Shown: positions 9,965 through 17,659 of the stretch, piece after piece
Layout of the letters: each line of letters begins with the position of its first letter
Numbering within the stretch: the stretch's first letter is position 1
Made by a program: the position numbers and the translations under genes
DNA from: Anaerolineae bacterium
GTDB lineage: Bacteria; Chloroflexota; Anaerolineae; JAAYZQ01
Length of the DNA: 64,000 bases
Reading direction: 5' to 3'
Assembly: GCA_023544525.1 (NCBI GenBank)
Contig: JAMJFU010000001.1
Span: 1,259 to 65,258 of the forward strand
The notes under the pieces: model-generated
Seen by the model: the letters and a program-made list of their open reading frames with translations, nothing else
What the model was told of the DNA's origin: nothing
Databases searched by the model: none

Positions 9965-10438
9965 ATGGCCCTCATGACCGGAGACGAGATCCTCGAGATC
10001 GCAACCCGCCTCGAAGAGAACGGCGAGGCATTCTACGCCTCGGCCGCAGATTGTGCGACGACGGCTGGGGTCAAGGCGCTGTTCCGGGACCTGGCGCTGC
10101 AGGAACGCCTCCACCGCCGCGCGTTCGAAGCGATGGCGGGCGGCGAGGTGACGTTGGGTTTTACAGCCGAGCAGCACGAGGAGTTCCTGGCCTACACCGA
10201 CGCGCTCTTGCGCAAGGAGTTCTTTGATGGCAGCGGTGGTGCCCTCGACCGTGCTGCACATGCCGGCGACGAGCGCTCGGTTCTGAAGGCCGCACTGGAA
10301 TTTGAGAAGGAGACTCTCCTCTTCTACCACGAACTCGAGGGAATCGTTGGCAACGCGGATCGGGAAACCGTGGCAGGGATCATCCAGGAGGAGAAGCAGC
10401 ATATCCAGCGCCTGTCAAAGATGCTGGCTGCAGTTTGA
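9965..10438 (+). CDS. Rubrerythrin/ferritin-like diiron protein
   Basis: Four-helix ExxH-type repeats (EENGEAFY, QERLHRRAFE, EFEKETLLFYHELE, EEKQHIQRL); AAGGAGGAAAG RBS upstream of ATG 9965. Confidence 0.7.
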   Translation: MALMTGDEILEIATRLEENGEAFYASAADCATTAGVKALFRDLALQERLHRRAFEAMAGGEVTLGFTAEQHEEFLAYTDALLRKEFFDGSGGALDRAAHAGDERSVLKAALEFEKETLLFYHELEGIVGNADRETVAGIIQEEKQHIQRLSKMLAAV

Positions 10439-10500
10439 GATGCGCTGTGCTCCACCGGTTGGCCATGCGATCGAATGAGGGAAAGAGAAGGACAGGTTGA

Positions 10501-10932
10501 ATGACTGAGAGCTTTGAGCCCAGGATCGTCGGGTTTCTCTGCAACTGGTGTAGTTACGCGGGGGCCGACATGGCCGGCACCAGCCGCATCGCCTATCCGC
10601 CCAACATCCGCATTGTCCGCGTACCGTGCTCGGGACGGGTGGACCCCCTCTTTGTGCTGAAGGCATTCCAGGAGGGGGCCGACGGGGTGCTGGTGGCGGG
10701 CTGCCATCCCGGTGACTGCCACTACGGTGATGGCAACTATCACGCCCGCCGTCGCTACGCCCTGATGCACAGCTTGCTCGATTACGTGGGCGTCGATGCT
10801 GGGCGCCTGCGCATCGACTGGGTGTCGGCCGCCGAGGGCAACCGCTTTGCCCAAGTGGTCGCCGAGTTAACCGAGCAGGTGAGAGAGCTTGGTCCGTGGG
10901 CCGGCCGGCAAGAGCGGGAGGTGGCCGCATGA
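10501..10932 (+). CDS. mvhD: MvhD/FlxD-like hydrogenase-type Fe-S subunit (methyl-viologen-reducing hydrogenase delta family)
   Basis: Near-consensus FlpD/MvhD motifs FLCNWCSYAGADMAG, VRVPCSGRVDP, DGVLVAGCHPGDCHY. Confidence 0.85.
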   Translation: MTESFEPRIVGFLCNWCSYAGADMAGTSRIAYPPNIRIVRVPCSGRVDPLFVLKAFQEGADGVLVAGCHPGDCHYGDGNYHARRRYALMHSLLDYVGVDAGRLRIDWVSAAEGNRFAQVVAELTEQVRELGPWAGRQEREVAA

Positions 10933-11789
10933 GCAGGGAGATCCAGGAGGGCATCCGGGTCCAGGCGCGAGAATTGCTGGGCCTGGGCGAGATATCCTGT
11001 GTGATCGGCTACGAACAAGGTCCGAAGGGCCGCGTCCGGCCGGCATTCGTCTACGATCAGGCTGGCACTGACCGCCTGGTCTGGGACCAGACGTGCCACC
11101 ATAACCTGGTGGTCTACCTGCACGACCGCCGCAAAGGGGGCAAGACCTCCGCGGCGTCCCGGGTGGCCGTGGTTGCCAGGCCCTGTGACGTGCGGGCCCT
11201 GAACGTGTTGATCCACGAGGGACAGGTATCCAGGGAAGAGGTCTTTGTGATCGGCGTGGCCTGCCCGGGCATGGCGGAGGGTGCCACGCTGCAGGCCCAT
11301 TGCCAGCGCTGCCGGGAGCGTGTTCCGGTGTTCTATGACGCCTTGGTCGGCGAGCCGGCCAGGGTCAAGCTCCCTGCCGACGATTGGTCCGACGTGGCGG
11401 AATTGGAGGGGATGACCCCGGCTGAGCGACTGGCCTTCTGGAGCCGCGAATTCGACCGCTGCATCCGCTGCTACGCCTGCCGCCAGGCCTGTCCCGGCTG
11501 TTACTGCTTCGAATGCCTGGCTGAGCAAGTCGATCCAGCCTGGGTCAGCATTGCCCACGGCCTATCGCAGAAGGCCTTTTTCCACGTCATGCGCGCCTAT
11601 CACCTGGCGGGCCGCTGCGTGGAGTGCCAGGCCTGCGACCAGGCCTGCCCGATGCACATCCCACTCAGCCTCCTGAACCGAAAAATCGCCAAAGAGGTGG
11701 AAGCCCTGTTCAACTACAAAGCTGGGGGTGATCCCGAGATCCCACCGCCGCTGGCGACTTTTCTCAAGGACGAGGAGTTGCCGCTTTGA
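10929..11789 (+). CDS. Fe-S cluster protein of HydB/AsrA/FlxB-C family
   Basis: CIRCYACRQACPGCYCFEC and CVECQACDQACP cysteine motifs; ATGA overlap with mvhD stop, GGGAGGTGG RBS. Confidence 0.65.
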   Translation: MSREIQEGIRVQARELLGLGEISCVIGYEQGPKGRVRPAFVYDQAGTDRLVWDQTCHHNLVVYLHDRRKGGKTSAASRVAVVARPCDVRALNVLIHEGQVSREEVFVIGVACPGMAEGATLQAHCQRCRERVPVFYDALVGEPARVKLPADDWSDVAELEGMTPAERLAFWSREFDRCIRCYACRQACPGCYCFECLAEQVDPAWVSIAHGLSQKAFFHVMRAYHLAGRCVECQACDQACPMHIPLSLLNRKIAKEVEALFNYKAGGDPEIPPPLATFLKDEELPL

Positions 11790-11799
11790 AGGAGCACGA

Positions 11800-12810
11800 A
11801 TGAAAGCAACGAGTAGAAGCGACCTGCTGGCCTGGCTCGATGCGCTTTCCGAGCAGTATACGGTGATTGCGCCCCGGATGGTCGACGGAGAGCTGCTCTA
11901 CCGGCCTGTGCACGCCAGCGACGAGGTCGTGCTCGACTTTGAGCGGACGAGGCTATCGGCAAAATCCTATCTCCTGCCCGAGACCGAGGTCATCCTCGAG
12001 ATCGAGAGACAGGAGGGCCAGGTGACGCTGGGCGAACCGAGGCTGGACCGGGATCAGGTAATCCTGCTGCGGCCCTGTGATGCCCGGGCTCTGCGCGCCC
12101 TCGACGCGCTGCTGCTGGATCGCCCACCAGCCGACGCCTACTATGCCGATCGACGCGAGAAGACGAGCTTGATCGGCCTCGCCTGCCCCCAACTCTGGGA
12201 CGATTGTTTCTGTACGAGCCTGGGCAGCGCCCCTGACGATGCTTCGGCCGTGGACGTGATGGTCTATAAAGATGGCGACGCCCACCTGGTAGAGGTGATC
12301 ACAGGCAAGGGCCGGGCCCTGATGGACGGGCTGGAAGCAGAAGAGGTGGAACGACCTACCCCGCACTCTGACAGGTCCGGCGAGCAGATAGCCGTGCTGG
12401 CGCCGGAGGATTGGCCCGGCCTGTTCGACGAGGCCTACTGGCACCAGCTCGCCGAGCGCTGCCTCAGTTGCCACGCTTGCACCTACGTCTGTCCTACCTG
12501 TCGCTGCTTCGATGTGCGCGATGATACGACGGCGGCGGGCGCCAGCTACACGCACATCCAGCGCCTGCGGGCCTGGGATAGCTGCATGGCCAGCGCCTAC
12601 CGGCGCATTGCCGGCGGCCACAACCCACGTCCGGACAAGGCGCAGCGCCTGCGCAACCGCTACTATTGCAAATTCTGCTATTCGCCTTCCGATTTCGGAG
12701 CCGTGGCCTGTGTGGGCTGTGGGCGGTGCATTGAGGTTTGCCCGGTGGGCGTGGATATCGCCGAGATGCTGGCCAACGTGGCTGCCCTGGCCAAAGGGAG
12801 GAGCGCGTGA
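11800..12810 (+). CDS. Fe-S cluster protein, anaerobic sulfite reductase subunit A-like (HydB/AsrA/FlxB-C family)
   Basis: CLSCHACTYVCPTCRCF and CVGCGRCIEVCP motifs, paralogous to preceding gene; GAAGGAG RBS before ATG 11800. Confidence 0.65.
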   Translation: MKATSRSDLLAWLDALSEQYTVIAPRMVDGELLYRPVHASDEVVLDFERTRLSAKSYLLPETEVILEIERQEGQVTLGEPRLDRDQVILLRPCDARALRALDALLLDRPPADAYYADRREKTSLIGLACPQLWDDCFCTSLGSAPDDASAVDVMVYKDGDAHLVEVITGKGRALMDGLEAEEVERPTPHSDRSGEQIAVLAPEDWPGLFDEAYWHQLAERCLSCHACTYVCPTCRCFDVRDDTTAAGASYTHIQRLRAWDSCMASAYRRIAGGHNPRPDKAQRLRNRYYCKFCYSPSDFGAVACVGCGRCIEVCPVGVDIAEMLANVAALAKGRSA

Positions 12811-13634
12811 GCGAGCGAGACAACCCCCTGCGCCCACTGCTGGGCACGCTGGTGGACACCAAGGACCTGGCCGACGACATCAAGCTTTTCCAGATCGAGT
12901 TGAATGGGGACCGCTTTGAGTACCAACCCGGCCAGTTTGCCTTTGTCTCGGCCTTTGGCGTGGGTGAGGCACCCTTTGGTTTGGCCTCGGTATCGTCGCG
13001 GACCCCTGCGCTGGAGTTTGCCATCAACCGCATCGGGACAGTCACCTCGGCCCTGCACGGCCTGGAACGCGGGGCGGTGGTCGGCGTGCGTGGGCCCCTG
13101 GGGAACGCTTTCCCGCTGGATGAGATGCAGGGCAAGAACGTCGTCGTGCTGGGTGGGGGTATCGGTGGCGCGCCCCTGAGGCCGGTCATCCACACCATCC
13201 TGGACAACCGTCCCGATTATGGCCACCTGGATATCCTGTGGGCGGCGCGCAGCCCCTCGCTCCTGGTGTTTACGGACGAATACGACGACTGGCGCTCGGC
13301 GCCCGATACGGAACTGCACCTGACGGTGGACAAGGGAGACAGCGACTGGACAGGGAACGTGGGCCTCATCACCGGACTATTGGAGAAGGCAGCGCCCTCG
13401 CCCGAGGATGCCGTGGCCATCATCTGCGGGCCGCCGATCATGATCAAGTTCACGGTCCTGACCCTGCAAAAGCTCGGCTTCACCGCTGAGCAGATGATCA
13501 TGACGCTGGAAGCCAAGATGAAATGCGGCATCGGCAAATGCGGGCGCTGCAACCTGGGCGAAAAGTTCGTATGCCTGGATGGCCCTGTCTTTTCCTATGC
13601 CCAGGTATCCCATTTCCTGGAGAGTTTCGTCTAG
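12807..13634 (+). CDS. flxA: FAD/NAD(P)H-binding oxidoreductase with C-terminal [2Fe-2S] (HydG/AsrB/FlxA/PyrK-like), GTG start
   Basis: Ferredoxin-reductase-like fold motifs (GQFAFVS, VVVLGGGIGGAPL) and C-terminal CGIGKCGRCN; GTGA overlap with upstream stop and AAGGGAGGA RBS. Confidence 0.7.
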   Translation: MSERDNPLRPLLGTLVDTKDLADDIKLFQIELNGDRFEYQPGQFAFVSAFGVGEAPFGLASVSSRTPALEFAINRIGTVTSALHGLERGAVVGVRGPLGNAFPLDEMQGKNVVVLGGGIGGAPLRPVIHTILDNRPDYGHLDILWAARSPSLLVFTDEYDDWRSAPDTELHLTVDKGDSDWTGNVGLITGLLEKAAPSPEDAVAIICGPPIMIKFTVLTLQKLGFTAEQMIMTLEAKMKCGIGKCGRCNLGEKFVCLDGPVFSYAQVSHFLESFV

Positions 13635-13671
13635 GCTGCCATCACTGTACCTGCTTTGCCAAGGAGGGGAA

Positions 13672-14166
13672 ATGGTCGAGCTTGACGCCCTTCGTCATTG
13701 TGAGCTGTTCGCCGACCTTAGCGACAAAGAGCTTGGGCAGTTGGCGGCCATTGTCTGCGAGGAGAGACACGAGCCCGGGAGCCTCATCTGCGCCGAGCGT
13801 GAGCTTGCCGACCGGCTCTTTGTCCTGAGCAGAGGCAGAGTGCAGCTGCAGATCCGCTTGCGGGGGCACTTGGAGCCTGCAGGCGAGGCAACCATCGAGG
13901 AAGTCGAGCCAGGACGCATATTTGGTTGGTCGTCGCTGGTGAAACAGCGTCGATTTACCGCATCGGCCCGCGCTCTGGATCCCGTAGCCGTCTTGTCTAT
14001 CAGGGCAGATGACCTCCGGGCCCTGTTCGACCAGAGCCCGCATATCGGGTTCGTGGTCATGAAACAACTGGCCGAGGTGGTCGCCTCGCGGCTGCAGCAC
14101 ACCCGCCAGGTCTGCGAGGAGGCAGCGGCAGAGGCAGCGCTGGATGACGGCAGACGCGAAGGCTAG
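13672..14166 (+). CDS. Cyclic-nucleotide-binding domain protein (no recognisable HTH)
   Basis: cNMP-binding fold signature (LFADLSDKEL...GEATIEE...RTASARAL); AAGGAGGGG RBS immediately upstream. Confidence 0.6.
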   Translation: MVELDALRHCELFADLSDKELGQLAAIVCEERHEPGSLICAERELADRLFVLSRGRVQLQIRLRGHLEPAGEATIEEVEPGRIFGWSSLVKQRRFTASARALDPVAVLSIRADDLRALFDQSPHIGFVVMKQLAEVVASRLQHTRQVCEEAAAEAALDDGRREG

Positions 14167-14217
14167 GGCTACCCAAGGGTAGTTGGGAAAATGAATAGCG
14201 CAGCAGGAGGCCGCAGC

Positions 14218-15624
14218 CTATGCTTCCTCTGTCGTCCCGACGTCAGCCCTCGGCAGGCGGACGACGAACTTGCTGCCCAGGCCCGCCTCCGACTCCAGCC
14301 GGATCTCCCCGCCCCAGTTCTCGATCAGCCGCTTCACAATGGCCAGGCCGACACCGGTGCCGACGGGCGACGCCGTTCGGGCATTCTCTGCACGGTAGAA
14401 CTCTTCAAAGATACGGTCCTGATCTTCAGGCGGGATGCCGATCCCGGTATCGCGGACGATTCCAACCACATGCTGTGGTGTCTGTTTCAGCGATACGGCG
14501 ACGATGCCCCCGGGCTCTGTGTATTTGAGGGCATTACTCAGGAGGTTGGTCCACACCAGCTTGAGCCGGTCGGGATGGGCTTGCACCGGTGCCAGGTCTG
14601 GAGCAACGTCCACACTCAGAAAGATGTCCTTGCTGTCTGCCTCGGCCTTCATGAGCTCAACTACGCTTTGAAGCACATCTGCGCTCTGAACCGCAGCCAG
14701 TTGCTCATCCCGGCTGGCCTCCTCGCGCGCCCGGGCCAGCCTCAGCAGGTCCGAGACCAGGTCCGACAGCTCCTCCGTCCGCTCCATGAGCCGTTTCAGG
14801 ACGCCACGCACCTTCTCGGGTGGCAGGTAGCCCGACAACACCAGTTCCATGCTGGTATGGATGGTGTTGATGGGCGCTCGCAGCTCGTGGGTGACGAGGG
14901 TCAGAAACCGGGTGCGTTCCGCGTCGATCCGCCGCAGGCGTTCGTTCAGGACCTCCAATTGCCGGCTCTTGGCCAGAGATGCCTGGTGGCTCTGGAGCAG
15001 CTCACGGTCACGCTGGCGGAGCCGGACGGTGATGGACGAGGTCATATAGGCCACCAGCCAGAGGGTCAGAGCCATGGTCCCTGTTACGGCCAACAGGTAG
15101 CCTGTCATGCGGTACGGCTCTGCGTCCCCGAGCATCGGCAAGTGATAGTGCTGCAGGACGCCGGTAGCCTCGAGTCCGGTCATGGCAGCGAACAGCGCCG
15201 CGGCCACGGTGCCCATCACAAAACTGATGGTGCGCGAGAGCAGGATACTGGCGATGATGGTGTGGAACACAAAAAAGACGGCCATGGGGTTCTCCACGCC
15301 GCCAGAGAAGTGCAGCAGGATGGCCAGCGCGACCAGGTCGAGCAGGATCTGGATACATGCAAAACGCTGTGCCTGTCGCAGCCGGGGCATCCCTGCCGGG
15401 CCCAACATCAGGTTACGGTTGTATAGCCGGAACTGGCTGTTGTAAAGAGCGATGGCTGCCGTGACAGCGATGAGTGGGAGCAGTGGAAGCGCGCCCGGAA
15501 ACAAAAGCCAGCTCAGGGCAATGGCCGAGCCGGTCCCCAAGACGGCGAGCCAGCGCAAGCGGATCAGCCAGCCGATCCGCTCGATGAGCTCGGCCTCGTG
15601 GGGGATTTGGTTTTCCATCAGCAA
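14218..15624 (-). CDS. Sensor histidine kinase with N-terminal multi-TM sensor domain
   Basis: Six predicted TM helices, HisKA H-box (THELRAPIN), HATPase_c motifs (NLLSNALKYT, DTGIGI, GTGVGLAIV). Confidence 0.8.
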   Translation of the reverse strand: MLMENQIPHEAELIERIGWLIRLRWLAVLGTGSAIALSWLLFPGALPLLPLIAVTAAIALYNSQFRLYNRNLMLGPAGMPRLRQAQRFACIQILLDLVALAILLHFSGGVENPMAVFFVFHTIIASILLSRTISFVMGTVAAALFAAMTGLEATGVLQHYHLPMLGDAEPYRMTGYLLAVTGTMALTLWLVAYMTSSITVRLRQRDRELLQSHQASLAKSRQLEVLNERLRRIDAERTRFLTLVTHELRAPINTIHTSMELVLSGYLPPEKVRGVLKRLMERTEELSDLVSDLLRLARAREEASRDEQLAAVQSADVLQSVVELMKAEADSKDIFLSVDVAPDLAPVQAHPDRLKLVWTNLLSNALKYTEPGGIVAVSLKQTPQHVVGIVRDTGIGIPPEDQDRIFEEFYRAENARTASPVGTGVGLAIVKRLIENWGGEIRLESEAGLGSKFVVRLPRADVGTTEEA

Positions 15625-15636
15625 GGCCTGGATAGC

Positions 15637-16044
15637 CTATCCTTGGGTCGCGCCAGCAGGCTCCCCTGCAAAGCGCTCAGCGATCTCGAGGACCTCGCTG
15701 AGTGGAACAGGCTTGTCCAGGAACATGTGGGCCCGCAAAGGCCGGTCGGTGGGAAAGTCGCCAGCATGCTCCGAATCTACAATCGAAGTGAGCATGACGA
15801 CCGGCACATCCCGGAGCTGCGGGTCAGACGCAATCTCCTCAGAGACCCACACCCCTTCCGTGGGCATGCGCATGATGATGTCGAGGAAGACCAGATCGGG
15901 CTTGGCCTCGCGCATCATCTCCAGGCCCAGGCTCCCCTGATGGGCACAACGCACCGTAAAGCCGTTGGCCTGCAGCGCGGCCTGCAGCGCAGCGCACAGA
16001 TCGGGATCATCGTCGATGACCAACACACTTCCTTTTGTCCCCAT
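15637..16044 (-). CDS. Single-domain CheY-like receiver, paralog of 4824..5228
   Basis: VLVIDDDPDL...LVFLDIIM...VVMLTS; GGAGGG RBS upstream of ATG at 16044; same atypical insertion after acceptor Asp as 4824 gene. Confidence 0.7.
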   Translation of the reverse strand: MGTKGSVLVIDDDPDLCAALQAALQANGFTVRCAHQGSLGLEMMREAKPDLVFLDIIMRMPTEGVWVSEEIASDPQLRDVPVVMLTSIVDSEHAGDFPTDRPLRAHMFLDKPVPLSEVLEIAERFAGEPAGATQG

Positions 16045-16335
16045 GGTTCCCTCCAGGTCTACCAGGAATCCGAAGCGACTAAGCGTGGTGCGGTGCTCTA
16101 CTACCATTATAGCACAAGCGACGCGCAGCGCCAAAGTCCGAGATCTCTGCTTGGACCGGCCATGCTTCCGGTCCCGTCCTGGGCTCGCAGGAGGGACATG
16201 GCCTCGCGGCAAGCGGAGGTCGTGCCGGTAGGAGAGGTATCTTCCATTTTTCGGAATGGAATGGGTGTTTCATCCCATATTCCGCACCGGAAGACATAAT
16301 ATGGTAGAGATTTCGAGCCACCTTATCGCCGGCAC

Positions 16336-16364
16336 TTGACAGGACGGCATGCTTGTGATAGACT
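16336..16364 (+). promoter_or_regulatory. Candidate promoter TTGACA-17-TAGACT for fdh/nuoE-like operon
   Basis: Sequence motifs; followed in 5'UTR by inverted repeat GTGACG-N7-CGTCAC (16476-16494). Confidence 0.35.
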
Positions 16365-16586
16365 TCACAGGAATACATGAGACAAAGATTGGGCGATGCC
16401 ACGCCTGGGAGACAGATAGATCTTGAGACCGCTGTGGGTTTGCTCTACGACTGCAGGTCCAAGACATCAAGGAGCGTGACGTAATCAGCGTCACTCCACA
16501 GACACTCATGCGCGAACTCGGAGGTTGCTGCGTCTGAAACGCATCTCTCGCAGACCGCTGATCTTACGAACCTGAGGAGGGATTGT

Positions 16587-17054
16587 ATGGAGCAAGAGAC
16601 ACTGGATTTGGCGCCTTTGTACGAGATGCTGAAGGAGTACAAGACCCAGCGTGGTGCAGTGATCCCAGCGTTGCAGAAGGCCCAGGGCATTTATGGCTGG
16701 CTACCAAAGGAGGTACTGGAGGTTGTCTCGCAAGAGATGCGCGTACCGCTCAGCCAGATCTATGGGGTCGTGACCTTCTATTCACAGTTCTATCTTACCC
16801 GCCGCGGGCGGCACATCTGCCGGCAGTGCGATGGAACCGCCTGTCATGTCAAAGGCGCTGCCGCCATCGTCAGCGCGGCCGAGAAGCACCTCGGCGTCAA
16901 GGCTGGCGAGACGACACCAGACTACGAGGTCACCTTTGAGGTCGTCTACTGCCTCGGTTCCTGCGGCCTGGCACCGGTAGCCATGATCGACGACAAGGTC
17001 ATCGGGCACCTCGTGCCGGAACGGATGGTGGACATTCTGGACAAGTTGGAGTAG
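16587..17054 (+). CDS. NuoE/HoxE/HndA-like thioredoxin-fold [2Fe-2S] subunit
   Basis: CRQCDGTACHVKGA ... VVYCLGSCGLAP motifs. Confidence 0.85.
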   Translation: MEQETLDLAPLYEMLKEYKTQRGAVIPALQKAQGIYGWLPKEVLEVVSQEMRVPLSQIYGVVTFYSQFYLTRRGRHICRQCDGTACHVKGAAAIVSAAEKHLGVKAGETTPDYEVTFEVVYCLGSCGLAPVAMIDDKVIGHLVPERMVDILDKLE

Positions 17055-17216
17055 CTATGAGGAATCGGTGCCCAAGGAGTGGCAGGTACGCGAGCTATCT
17101 TTGCACATCCTCGACACTGGGGGATATCCCCCTGTCCTCTCCACCAGTGAGAGGCTGGCTATACGACTATATCGTCGAAGGCGAGGCAGAGCTCGCCGCT
17201 CGACCATAGGGAGGAA

Positions 17217-17612
17217 ATGATGCCAAAGCTCAAGTCGATTGAGGATCTGAAAGCGGTCCGCGAACAGGCCCAAAGGGATCTGAAGGTGCGCACCGAGACC
17301 GGCACCCGGATCATCGTCGGGATGGGGACATGTGGCATCGCCGCGGGCGCCCGCGAGACAATGCATGCCATCCTCGAGGAACTCGACCGGCAGGGGATCG
17401 AGGCCAATGTCACAACCGTCGGTTGTATCGGCATGTGCTCCAAGGAACCCCTGGTGGACATCGAGCAGGCAGGGCGACCGCGGATCACCTATTGCAACGT
17501 CGATCCCAGCATGGTGCCGCGGCTCATCGAAGAGCACCTGCGCCAGGGCAATGTGGTTTATGAGTGGACGATGGGCCGAGTGCCCAGCGAGGGCATCGGA
17601 CAGAGTTCATGA
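17217..17612 (+). CDS. HndB-like small thioredoxin-fold [2Fe-2S] ferredoxin
   Basis: GMGTCGIAAGA and GCIGMCSKEP motifs. Confidence 0.65.
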   Translation: MMPKLKSIEDLKAVREQAQRDLKVRTETGTRIIVGMGTCGIAAGARETMHAILEELDRQGIEANVTTVGCIGMCSKEPLVDIEQAGRPRITYCNVDPSMVPRLIEEHLRQGNVVYEWTMGRVPSEGIGQSS

Positions 17613-17659
17613 CGAATATGGACTGCGAAATTGGCGGATAGCCATCGGAGGAATCTGTT

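Noticed and set aside
14191-15426. 411-aa plus-strand ORF antisense to the histidine kinase
   Set aside because: No domain signatures; the kinase on the opposite strand has clear H-box and HATPase motifs.
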